Shown: positions 52,650 to 64,000 of the stretch, piece after piece
Layout of the letters: every line of letters starts with the position of its first letter
Numbering within the stretch: the stretch's first letter is position 1
Origin: Hyaloraphidium curvatum SAG 235-1
Lineage: Eukaryota > Fungi > Monoblepharomycota
Direction of reading: 5' to 3'
Length of the DNA stretch: 64,000 nucleotides
Assembly: GCA_025558095.1 (NCBI GenBank)
Contig: JAIVFI010000002.1
Span: 806,001-870,000 of the forward strand
Position numbers and translations under genes: made by a program
The notes under the pieces: model-generated
What the model was told of the DNA's origin: nothing
Databases searched by the model: none
Seen by the model: only the letters and a program-made list of their open reading frames with translations

Positions 52650-52817
52650 TTGCGACCAGGGTGCCGTTTGATGATTGCTCATTCTCATTCATTGCTCATG
52701 CCATGTGTACCGCTCTACTGTGTAAATACTCAATCGACCAAGCTCATCACACCTTTTTGCTTGTCCTCGGCGCTCTTCTCACTCCCTGCCCGTATTCCTA
52801 CCATTCGTGACACGCCG

Positions 52818-54228
52818 TCACGGCTTTTTTGGAGACTTGGGCCGATCAGGTAGCGGCGGAGGATCCACGAGTTCAAACTGAATGCAGCAGAAAGTTTGGC
52901 GTTGGCGGCTCTGGAACACGAGCCGGATGGGCTGATCGTTCAGAGCCGATGTGACGCTGAGCGTTATGCCGAGCTCAGCTGTCTGCGTTTGAAACGAGAA
53001 AAATGGACCGAATATGTCGAAACTGTATATGAGGTCCGGTTGCAAGGTGATTGCTGTTGGTGGGGGGTCGGGGGTTAAGCACGGGAGGCGTTTACAAGAA
53101 ACCCTCAGGCCAAACACACGTACCCTGCCTGGTCTCCTCGTCCCCCAGAAAGTCTCTGCGTTCCGCCACAGACGTCGTATCGAAAGGGACGGGGATGCTC
53201 TCGGGAAACAGCCGAGAGCTGTCCTCCGTAAGCTCCTTCTCGCCGCCCCATTCCCACTTCCCCAAAAGGTCATCCGCGGTGAGCTTTTCCCCCCTAGATC
53301 GTCGGTCATTGATCTCTTTCCAGGTGTGCTGTGCAGGAACGACGTTGACAGTGTCTGCAAGGAAAACTGACATCAGATACGAGGGTGTTCAGGACAGTCT
53401 GGCAGCAACCCACTCATGCTGCATCGGTACGGATTGCGTACGCAATGCGTAGTAATGCATATGGAAACGGTCGAGTCAGTAAGGAATCAGTGTCCGACAC
53501 AGCAGCGCGGAGCGTTTCTGACCTGCAGAGCGCCGGGCTAAGAATCCAAGGTTGTGCGGCATACAGATCGTACCGCAAAGCCGGGTCGATGACGTTCGCT
53601 GCTTTGAATGCTAGCCACGTACCCTTGTCGCCAAGAGAACATCGGCGGTGAGCTCTTCGCCCTTGGCCCCAGTCGAAAGTAACTGACCATGGGGGGCGAG
53701 ACCTTCCTCTCGAACACGCCACCGAACATGAGCTGCCGCAAAAGAGGGTTAGTGTCCGTGGTAGAGAAATCGGAGAACATCCCAGGCTGAAGTCCCGCAC
53801 GCACTTCTCCGGAATCTCGCCCTGTCCAGGTCAACTCACATCGTCAGCAAGTATGGGTTTCGTGAAACGGCCCTGCACTTGGATCGAGAAGATCCGCTTC
53901 CGTGTTCCAAAGTACGGCGTTGACGGTCTTGCGACTCCGTCGGGCGAAATGCCCTGGAAAGGGCGTCAGGGAGCCCGGGCCTCCGGGTGGGGCGATTGGG
54001 AAAGACCTTGAAGTCCTTAATCCTCACGCAGACCCGCGCCACGAAATCCTCGGACTCGAAGAAGAGGGGATTCGCATCGTCGTTCACGGCGTGAAGGACC
54101 TTTTCCCCTGTGTCTTTGGGGCCGATCGAGACGCGGCAGACTTTCGCTTGAGTGGGCTCTTCATCGCTGTCGGTGCCCAGGTCCGGCGTAGGGGTCTTCT
54201 TCCCCGACCCCGTGAGGGCCGCCCACAT
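52818..54228 (-). CDS. DUF1769-family protein
   Basis: FESEDF...VRIKDF, FSIQVQGRF, IDP....DLY...PW..SP.LCSMN, ERR.F, QPIRLV. Confidence 0.75.
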
Positions 54229-54352
54229 CTCGACGCGCGGCCGATTAAATTGAATGGCCGGGGCAAGCAGAGTTGGAGTGGTCGCGGCGTGAGCGGGGAG
54301 GCGAACTCGGAACGCACCAGCCGACGCCGAATACAAAGACCGGTTCGTCGCG

Positions 54353-56457
54353 ATGGCCAAGGAAACGGCCAAGAAGGGCGATCTTCACCGCTCCTCGAAG
54401 CACTCTGGGGACCTTAGGAGGAAGAAGGGGGCCGGAAACCGCAACGATGACCCAGAGGCGGACGTTGCGACTCTCGCGTCGGACGAGCGCTTCCGGCACA
54501 TCCTGCGGGATCCGCGCTTCAAGAAGCTGAAGAAGGACAGGGCAAAGGTGGACATCGATGAGCGTTTTTCCAAGATGCTGGACAGCGAGGAGTTTGGCCA
54601 CGTTGGTGGGTGTGGAGGGGCTCCCCGTGACCTTGGTCTCACGGTCGAACAGCCAAAGTGGACAAGTACGGCCGGAAGCTCAAGCAGAAGAAAGGAGATG
54701 ATTTGCGCCGCTACTACAAGTTGGACAAATCCGAACCGCCGGGCAAGACCCGCGAGCGGGAGGCGGACGCGGGTCTCATCGACTCCGAAGATGAAGAAGA
54801 GGCAGAGCAACCGCAGAAGGAGTGGGACCGGGCCCGCGGCGAGGGTCCCATGTACTCGAGCTCGGAGGACGAGGAGGAAGAGGCAGAGGAAGCGTCGAGC
54901 GACGGGGAGGGATCACTTGGGGGTGCGGCCGACGATCTCGTCGAGTTTGAGGAGGACGATGTCTACGACCGGATAGGCCCCTTTGCCAACGAGGACATTC
55001 CCATGGGCGACGAGACCAGGAGGCTGGCGGTGGTGAACTTGGACTGGGACAATCTCAAGGCGCGGGATCTGTACAAGGCGCTCGCCAGCTTCAAGCCACC
55101 GGACGGGAGGGTTGTTTCCGTGAAGATCTACCCCTCCGAGTTCGGAAAGGAGCGCATGGCCCTCGAGCTGGAGCAGGGCCCGCCGGCCGAGATTTTCGGA
55201 GCCGGGTCCGCGGGGAAGGACGACGTGGGGACCGCGGGCGAGACCGACGTCGACGCCACCGGGCTGATCCAGGCCGATGCTGGGGAGGAGTTCGACAACG
55301 AGAAGCTGCGGGTCTACCAGCTCGAGAGGTTGCGGTACTACTATGCCATCGTCGAGTGTGACTCGGTGAGCACGGCCAAGGCCATCTACGACGCCTGCGA
55401 CGGGTCCGAGTTCGAAAAGACTTCGAACTTCTTGGACTTGCGCTACGTGCCCGACGAGGAGGAGTTTGCCGACGATCCGACCGACGTTGCGGACGACAAT
55501 CCGGCGGGATACAAGCCGGTGGACTTTGTCACCAAGGCTCTGCAGCACTCCAAAGTCGAGCTCACGTGGGATCAGGACTCGACGGAGAGAGTCAAAACCA
55601 CGCGGCGCCGCTTCACCAAAGATGATCTGGCCGAAATGGACTTCCAGGCGTACTTGGGCAGCGACTCGGAAGAGGACGAAGCGGACGAAGAGACAAAGAA
55701 GAAGTACAGGGAGATGCTCCTGGGGGGATTGGAGGACGGGCAGGATGAGGAAGCCGAGGAGATGGAGATCACCTTCGCCCCCGGTCTGGACGGGAAGCTG
55801 GAGAACTCTGGCAACGACAAGCCAGGCCGAGGCGCCGCGAAAGACAAGAAGGGACGTTCGAAGCGTCAGGAGACGGCGAAGGACGACGCCGGCGACGGGC
55901 CCGAATTGGCAGAGCCGGACCTTGGGTTCGACGACCCCTTCTTCCTCGATGCCGAAGACCCGAAGGCTGCCAAAAAGCGAGCTAAAGAGTCGAAAAAGAA
56001 GAAGGACCGCCATGCACCGGACGACGGGCAGTCCAAGGCCCGCGCAGAACTCGAGCTCCTCCTGGCCGACGAATCTGGTGCGGCGCCGCAACACTTCGAC
56101 ATGAAGGAGATTTTGAAGGAGGAGAAGAGGGCTCGCCGGAAGAAGGGCCGCAAGGGGAAGGATAAGACCGAGGCCGCCGACTCGTTCGAGATCGACGTAA
56201 ACGATCCGCGCTTCGCACCAATGCTCAGTTCCGGCGCCTTTGCCATCGACACGACCAGCTCCAACTTCAAGGACACAACGAACATGCGGAAGCTCCTGGA
56301 GGCCCGGAAGTCGCGAGCTTCGGGTAGCGGGGACAAATGGACCGTGACCGAGTCGGAGCAGAGGCCCGACGACATCAAGGCTCTCGTGGCCAACGTGAAG
56401 CGGAAGGCGGCTGTCAATGGAGGTTCTAATGCGCCTGCGAAGAAACAAAGGCAGTAG
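54353..56457 (+). CDS. ESF1: Pre-rRNA processing protein ESF1
   Basis: VDIDERF, VDKYGR, RRLAVVNLDWD, YQLERLRYYYA, NUC153-like DVNDPRF. Confidence 0.95.
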
Positions 56458-56532
56458 ATCATGGTTGTGTTCAGAGTCGTTTCCAATGGATGTTGTGAAA
56501 ATAAACGAAAGATGTCTGCGCACAGCGCAGCT

Positions 56533-59500
56533 TCATTCCTCGTGGCGTGCAGCGATCTGCTTGATGCTTTCAGTCGAGACAGCCGCCATGTAGCCGAGAA
56601 TGTTGATCAGGGCCTCAGGGTTGGGGAGTCTGTACATAGCTTGTGTCCTGGAACCAATGCGTGAGCGTTCTGGCGGAATGAAAGCCACGATAGGCGCCTC
56701 ACCGGTTGCCAGCGTCCCCGATGTAAATGGTGTACACGTGATCCTGCGACTCCACTGCGGCGCGGATCGACTTGAACATCTGTCAACGCAGAAGGATGTC
56801 AGTGAATTCACGGCAAAGTGATTCCCCACATACGTCTTCGTCGGTCCGGTCGTCGCCAGCGCACATGATAAAGTCGTAGTGCTGGTCGCGGGCCAGCAGG
56901 CGCTTGACCATCTCCCCCTTGTTGATCATGCTAGGGCGCACTTCGAGATTCTTCTTGCCGAGCAAAATCTGGAACACGGCAGGTGAGCCAAATGCGCGCG
57001 CCTGAGGTGTCGCTGCAGCAACTTACATCCACGGGCAGCTTCGAGAGGATGGCGTTCTCAAGGTGGTTCTGGCACTCCTTGGCCTGGAATGACCCAAAGT
57101 CGGGGTCACTGAGCCGGTAGTGCCACGTCACGGCGCACGACTTGAGCTCCACGAACGAGCCCTGGGTGCGCTCCGTGTAGTAATCGAAGATCTTGCGCAC
57201 GTCCTCCTTCCAGCTGAGGTCCAGCCCGACTTCCTGGGTCACGTCCACCCACTCCCAGTCTCCTGGCCAGCGTATGAAGCACCCGTGCTCGGCGCAGAGG
57301 CCCAGGCCGGGGATGTGACCTAGCCACTCCTCCAAAGCGGCCCTGTCGCGCCCGGACACAACGAAGACGTAGTTGGCGGGATCGAGGACGAGCGTCGTCA
57401 GGGCGGTCAGCATCTTTGCTGGCGGCACTGCCTCGCCCGGCGTCTTGCGGATCGGGGTGAGCGTGCCGTCGTAGTCGAAGATGAGCAGCCGCCGCGCGCT
57501 GCCGCGGTACGTCCCGAGGATCGAGCTGGCCTTGGCCATCGGCACGGGGCCCTGCACCTCGGGGGCCTTGTGGCAGCTGCGCAGTTCGCGGACGAACTGG
57601 TGGCCCCAGACCTGCGCCGTCTGGTTGATGACGTGGTTATAGAGCTGCTGGTGCCGCGCGATCTTGTCCTCCTTGGACATGGTGAGCGCCTCGTAGATCG
57701 CGTTGGCGCATCCAAGGTGGTCCCAGGGGTTGACCTGGAGTGGAACGTTCAGCATCGCAGTCTGCGCAGGTCACGATGCAAGAGCTTACCATGATGCTGC
57801 TACCCAGCGAGCCGGCCGTACCCGTGAACTCGGACAGGATCAGCGGCGACTTGTTCTCTGTGGAAGCACGTCAGTGAGAACAAAACGCTGGCTTCTCCGA
57901 GAAGAGCGCACCCTGCTGGCAGACGATGAACTCGTGGCTGGTCGTGTTCATGCCGTCGCGCAGCGCGGTGACCAGGCCGACGTCGGCGATTGATAGCAGC
58001 GCGTAGTACTCTGAAGAGCGGACAGGTCAGCGACAGGACAAACGGCCACCACCGGGGCGCGCACCATCGCGATCGAGGTTCAGCTGGTGGTAGTGGTGCA
58101 CGGGCGCAAACTCGAGCGAGCCAAAGTGGCCGTTGATGCGGGCCACCAGCTCGGCGAACTTGGCCTCGAGGCGCGGGATCTCGCGCTGCGGCGGCGTCGT
58201 CACCTGGATCAGCACGACCTGGGTTGGCAGAAGATCAGCATGACATCAGATCCCGCCCCGTTGCCCGCCAGACCTTGTTCTGAAACTCGGGATACAGCCT
58301 GAGGAACTTCTCGAAGCTGGCGAGCTTGTGCGCGACGCCCTTGACCTGGTCCAGTTTGTCCCTCCCCACGATGATCTTCTTGCCCGGGTACATCTCCCGG
58401 ATCGACTGCATCTTCTCCAGCACCGCGGGCATCTTGCGCCTCCGCTCGACGCGGTTGACGTCGATCCCCACCGGCACGATGCGCACCTCGACGAGGTTGC
58501 CGTTGTACTCGACACCGCGGGGCGACGACTCGAGGCCCAGCACGCGGGTGCAGGAGGAGATGAAGTGGCGGGCTGGCGGGCATGAAGGGTGAGCACGACG
58601 GCCACCTTGTGTGACGTGCAAGCCGCTCACCGTAGCTGTAGGTCTGGAACCCAATAAGCTGCGAGCCCAGGACCCCCTCCAGGATCTGCTTCCGCCGCGG
58701 ACCGCAGCGGAAAATCTCAGAGGACGGGAAGGGGGTGTGGAGGAAGAAGCCGATCGTCGCCGCGGGCCGCAGCTCGCGCAGCATCGCGGGTATCAGGAAG
58801 AGATCTGAGGCGTGCCGGCCAAGTCAGAGGGAGTCACCGGGAGGGAAACGCTTCATACGAACGGTAGTCATGGAGCCAGACGAGGTCGTTGTCCTGCATG
58901 GTGGCCGCGATTGTTTCGGCAAACTTCCTGCTCATCGCGACGTAGTCGTCCCAGTTCCGGTTCTCGGCAGCGCCGTCGAATTCAATGTCCATCATGACGT
59001 AGTGCAGGAGCGGGTACAAATCTGTCGCCGACGATGAGCGCCACAAGTCTTGGGCCATGATCCCTCCGGCAAGTGACTCACGGGTCTTGCAGTACCCCTC
59101 GTAGCTGCCGGTGGCCACCTTGTCCTCCAGGATCACGGGCACGTACTTGTACTCGAGCCACAGCTGCTTTTTGAGCTCCTCGATCAGGTCCGGGGGCATC
59201 GTCGCGGGGTCGACGATGTTGCCGTTGACGTCGGTTATCGGCCCCGTCCAGGCGACGTAGACGAGCTCCTCGGTCGACTTGAGCGAGTGGATGCCCGAGT
59301 ACATGGCTGGAGGTTGCGGGATCAGTCAGACGAGATACGGCGACGGGACAGACGGGACGGCCCCCCGTGACTCACCGCTGTACCCGCCCCGCGGGGCAAA
59401 CTTCCACAGCTTGTTGGTGTTCGCCTCCCTCGACATCTCGTCCTCCGAGTGCGGATCGGCCGGGACCCGGTCCTCGCCGTCGTCGAGCAGCGTGCTCTCG

Positions 59501-60069
59501 TTCTCGTCCAGCGAGAGCGAGCGCTCGTCCCCGTCCGCGCCGATGTCTCCCGAGGTCCCGCGGGACCGCAGGCCGTCGGCGGCAGCGGCCCAGTCCTGCC
59601 CCGAGGCGGCCGACGGGGTCGATCGGTGCCGTGGGCGCCGCGGCAGCCTCGCCAGGGGGGGTTGTGGGGGGGCTTCCAGGGGGTCGGGGGCGTCGGCGCC
59701 TCGCAGGCCGTAGCCGCCGCCGTCGTCGTCGCGGCCGACGCCGGACACGTCCGTGTCGCGGGCGTACGAGTAGATGCCGCCCATGGAGGCGCCCCGGGCG
59801 AGGCCGGAGCCCCACGTCGAGTGGGCGCCGAACGATGACGTGTGCGACGAGCGAATACGCTCCATCGTCGCCGAGTACGAACCCGCGAAGGGCGACGACG
59901 CGGCGGGCGACTGCGGCGGCGCGGCGCCGTGTGCGTGCGCGTAGGCGGCGAGCGTCGTGTTGAGCGTGCATGTCACGGGCAGGAACATTGACGCGGCGAG
60001 CAGCCTCCCCTGCTCGGGGGCCGGTGCCGGGGATCCCGGGGGCGACGCGCCAACTGCGCTGCCCGCCAT
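56533..60069 (-). CDS. TPS2: Trehalose-6-phosphate synthase/phosphatase (TPS2-like)
   Basis: [39 protein letters not shown] motif [19 protein letters not shown]. Confidence 0.93.
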
Positions 60070-60298
60070 AGCCGCGGTAGTGCGGAGGAATCGGCGGAAG
60101 GACGCGGGGAGAATCGCAGGGAACGCCGACAGCTCGGAGGAGAGCCTCGTGGAAATCCCCTGGAAATCCCCTGCCACCGATCACCGTCCCCAGCCCGCTT
60201 CCGCCGCTCCGCCCGGCCACCGCACACAGCCGGGAAGCCGCCTGCCGTCGCCGCGGAGAAGCCGCCACGCCCGGCCCGCCGCCGCACCCAGGCCCGGC

Positions 60299-61194
60299 AT
60301 GCTCAACCGCTTCTTCGGCACCTCGAAGCCCAAGCCAAAGGCCACGCTCCAGGATGCCATCTCGTCCACAGACTCGCGCGTCGACTCGGTCGAGGTCAAG
60401 ATCAAGAAGCTGGACGCGGAGCTGGTCAGGTACAAGGACCAGATGAAGAAGATGCGCGAGGGCCCCGGCAAGGTGCGGGGCCGCTTGCGTCGCCCCCCCT
60501 GCCGGCGCCGACCTCGCCTCAGAACGCCGTCAAGCAAAAGGCGATGAGGGTGCTCAAGCAGAAGCGCATGTACGAGGCGCAGCGCGACCAGCTTATGCAG
60601 CAGTCGTTCAACATGGAGCAGACCCACATGGTTACGGAGAACCTGAAGAACACAATGATCACCGTGGACGCGATGCAGATCGCAAACAAGGAGCTCAAGT
60701 CGCAGTACAAGAAGGTCAACATTGACAAGATCGAGGTGAGGAGGAACGGGGTCGGAACCGGCGGAAAGACGCGTCTGACGCGTCTACCTCCCCTCCCCGG
60801 CCATTCCTCACCGCCTGGGCCTACCCACTCCCTCAACGCCCCACCTAGTCCCTCCAAGACGAGATGGAGGACCTGCTTGACTCGGCCAACGAGGTCCAGG
60901 AGGCTCTGGGCCGGTCGTACGGCGTCCCCGAGGAGCTGGACGAGGCCGACCTGGAGGCGGAGCTGGACGCGCTGGGCGACGAGCTGCTGGAGGAGGACGA
61001 GGAGGTGCCGAGCTACCTCCAGGAGCCGTCGGTGGCCGTGCCGGACGTGCCGGATAAGGAGCCGGGGGAGAAGGACAGGTCGTCGGGGAAGGTCATGGTG
61101 GACGAGTTTGGGCTCCGTGGGTTTCCGCCATCGGCAGCATTGCCACTGCACCCGAGTGCTGACTTGATTTTCAGCGGTGGCCGAGCGGTCATGA
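60299..61194 (+). CDS. VPS60: ESCRT-III VPS60/CHMP5
   Basis: [46 protein letters not shown]. Confidence 0.95.
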
Positions 61195-61408
61195 GGAGGG
61201 GAAAGGGAGGGTGCGTCGTTGTTTTGTGATCTGCCTCGAGGCTTCTTGATTCGCGCTCTTGCGCTTCACGATACCCAGGGCCCAGTTGGCCCGCACACGC
61301 TGTACAAAGACACGGATAATCTAATCGCAACGAAGAAGAGTATGTACAGCTTCCGTCCGTCGTGCTGGGTATCTATCGCTGGCCGCGCCCACCCGGAGCC
61401 CTACTCCG

Positions 61409-62123
61409 TCAATGGAAGTAGTGTGCCATCTCGTTGCCCCGCCGTTCGTAGCCCGTCTTTGTGTAGAACGGCACGCGGTCGTCGAGGCAGTTCAAGATGA
61501 CCTTGTATGCCCCCTGGGCCCGCCCCAGCTCCGTGAGAGTCTGTACCAGCTTCAACGCCCCGTCCGATTAGGTGCTGGTGGCCATCGGAAAGCGACGCGC
61601 TCACGATCGTGCCGAGATTCTTGCCCCTCATAGAACCGTCGACAACAACGTCCTCGATGTGCCCGACTTTCGAACATCCATGAACGAACTTTCCGTCTAG
61701 GAGGAGTGAACCGGCGCCCACGACGCGTCGGGAGGCAATCTCCTCGATAATAACTGTAAAAAATATGTCGTTGTGAGTCCTCAGGAAAGCGAACCGGTCT
61801 GCCGGAGCCAGCAATGAGCCACGCCAGGGGATACCGCTCCAAAGCGCGAGCACCTCGCCACATGTCCTCCGACACGTTGCCGACGGTCGTCAGCTGCGCC
61901 AAAAGCTGCAGATGACCTCGTGCATAATCGCCGGAGAGAAGTGGCCTGGCGCGAAACTCCGGCGGAAGGCTCGGGACCTGGGAACCCGAAGTTGGTCCCT
62001 GTCCGGGCGGGCAGCGGGCGCAGCTACCGAGAGAAGGTCCGCCGAAAATTGCGGCTCGTCCGTCTCATTTGCCCCGCCTTGAGCTTCAGAAACGGGACTT
62101 TGCGGGCTCGGAAGGTGGGACAT
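61409..62123 (-). CDS. GNA1: Glucosamine-6-phosphate N-acetyltransferase
   Basis: RPL...DY, LAQLTTVG, KFVH, GHIEDVVV, YKVILNC, FYTK.G. Confidence 0.92.
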
Positions 62124-62230
62124 TTTCGTTCAAACTCCGCTCGCGATCGGCCACGGACGAATCTTGAGAAAAGAGCTGTACAGAAAAAGCTTTCGGGTAT
62201 CATCATCGCCATGCCAAAGCAATCTCCGCA

Positions 62231-64000
62231 TTACGCAGCAACAGACGCGGGAGTCTGCGGTACCTTCGCAGACGGTTCGGCAGCCGCGGCTGCTGCCGCA
62301 GGCGGGCCCGCCCGCGGCGGAGCCGCGCCTCCCTCGCGGGCAATCGTCCGCACCGGTTTCGCTACCCGGTGTACCGGCCGATGGAGGATCTTGCGGAGCT
62401 CCTGCTGAATCATGTGGCGCCCCTCGGTCGAGCTGATGGCCGGCAGCGTCCGCGTCAGCTCCAGCAGGTCGCAATCCGGCACAGCCGCCGGAGCCTGATC
62501 GCCCACGCGGAGCACAAAGAACTGGGGGTGCAGCCGCTTCATGAGCAGGCTCGCGTCCGGGATCGAGACGGGGTACTCCATCGCCGGCGGATCCCCAGGC
62601 TTCCGGATGAAGCCGATCATGTCCATCGACGCCAGCCGCTCGGCCATGTCGTACTCGCTGATGCTCGACCAGATGTTGTGCTCGTGTGGATCGACGCCCT
62701 CCTCGCCCAGGCTGCCCGAAATTGGGCCCACGAAGCCAAAGAAGGGGTTTCGGCGCCAGCTGTCGTCGACAAAGATGTCCTCTCCGTCGCGCCGGATCCG
62801 GAACCGCTTCGGCTTCGGGAGCTCCTCGAAGTGGCCGTCGTAGTCGGGATCGATGGTCCAGTAGCTACCCTTGCCCGTCCCATCGTCGCGAGGGACCTTC
62901 TTGAACGCCTTGTTCAGGCTCAGCTGATGGCGCACAGAGTTCTGGACGGCAACGTCAGATACACTCACCGACGAGAAAGGGCACGGCAACTGACCTGCCA
63001 CTTGAGGCCCGCGTAATGGTAGTAGGGGTACCTGTCCTTGATGGCGTCGTAGATCCCTGCGAGGGTGAGCCTCTTGTTCGGGGCCAAGATGATGGCCTCG
63101 CCGATCAGGTTGGCGTAAGAATACTCCGGTTTCGGGTACGGGATGCTGGCGGGATCCATGATGATCTCGTCATCGTTCCGTTTGCGCTTCAGGCCGTCGA
63201 ACTTGGGTTTGGAAACCATGGGCTTCGGCAGCTTCGGCTTCGGGATCTCCGAGACAACAGCAAGCTCTTCGTCCGCGACAGCGGCGGCCGGCTTCTTGGC
63301 TTTGGCGAGCTCGCCCTTGGGCTTTGCCTTGGGCTTCGACGGCTCCTTCAGCTTGACGGCCTTTGCGCTCTCCGACTTGCCAATCTTTGGCCCTTCCGGT
63401 TTCGCCTTGGCTTTGGCAGCCTCGACCCTCGCCTTAGCAGCGTCGCTCTTGGCTTTGGCCTCGGCCTTTGCTGCCTTTGCCGCATCGGCCCTCGCCCTCG
63501 CGGCCTCCGCCTTGGCGGACTTGCCCTTGGGCTGCTTCGCCTTGGGCTCCGCTTTCTTGGCGGGCTTCTTCTTCCTCTTCTTCCGCTCGGGCTCGTCGTC
63601 ATCGGGCTCGTCAATGTCCATGGCAAAGTCGTCCTCCGGGAGCTCGTCAAACTCCTCGGGCTCCAAGCCGAGATCCAGATCGGCCTCCGCCTCGTCCGCA
63701 GCATCTTGGCCCGCGTCTGGAGCGGTTGGCAGTCCGAACTCAAAGGTGACGCCTCCGATTTCGAGCTGGTCTCTGCGGGACGGTGACGCTTGAGCGGCCC
63801 GTGTCCCCCTCGACCGGGTCCAGCACTTACCCCGATTCCAAAAGCACGGGCTCGGGACTCGGCTTGTAAAGCTCGCCGGCATGCCGAACGCCGTTCCTTC
63901 CGAGGACGAGCAGCTCCCTGACACGGAAGGCTCTGTGAGCGGGAGCCTTCGACGCAACTCCGACAGGCTTCCAACCATTTCCTCGTCCGGAAATTGAACT
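62231..64000 (-). CDS. Forkhead transcription factor, probable FHA domain (5' partial)
   Basis: [14 protein letters not shown]...LTLAGIY...[29 protein letters not shown]; FHA-like end GKNAFGVD...GDQLEIGG. Confidence 0.88.

Overview
Eukaryotic, GC-rich DNA with many short spliceosomal introns (~50-60 nt). The gene content (TPS2, VFA1, Scm3, DUF1769 with SMU1, ERH, METTL14, PSMD5, LC8) suggests an early-diverging fungus; this is inferred, not shown. Bases 1-4148 hold the 3' part of a STT4/PI4KA gene. Bases ~4150-16030 form a transposon nest with no intact host gene: two inverted copies plus a 3' scrap of an APE-RT LINE with a (TATTC)n tail, a deleted Ty1/copia element with a 224-bp LTR, other LTR-end-like fragments, and two nested elements with Helitron2/Helentron-type termini, the inner one carrying a bZIP-like gene fragment. 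Bases 16035-64000 are an ultra-compact array of ~28 housekeeping genes, mostly head-to-head pairs whose ATGs lie ~70-230 nt apart, with convergent stops as close as 1 nt. Best leads: the nested Helitron2-like elements; a frame-breaking LINE insert that could be spliced out; a probable GA-AG intron in TRM61; a 5-nt micro-exon behind an intronic hairpin; hairpin-folded long introns; and a TTDN1/SICKLE-like protein. All exon boundaries were read by eye and are approximate.
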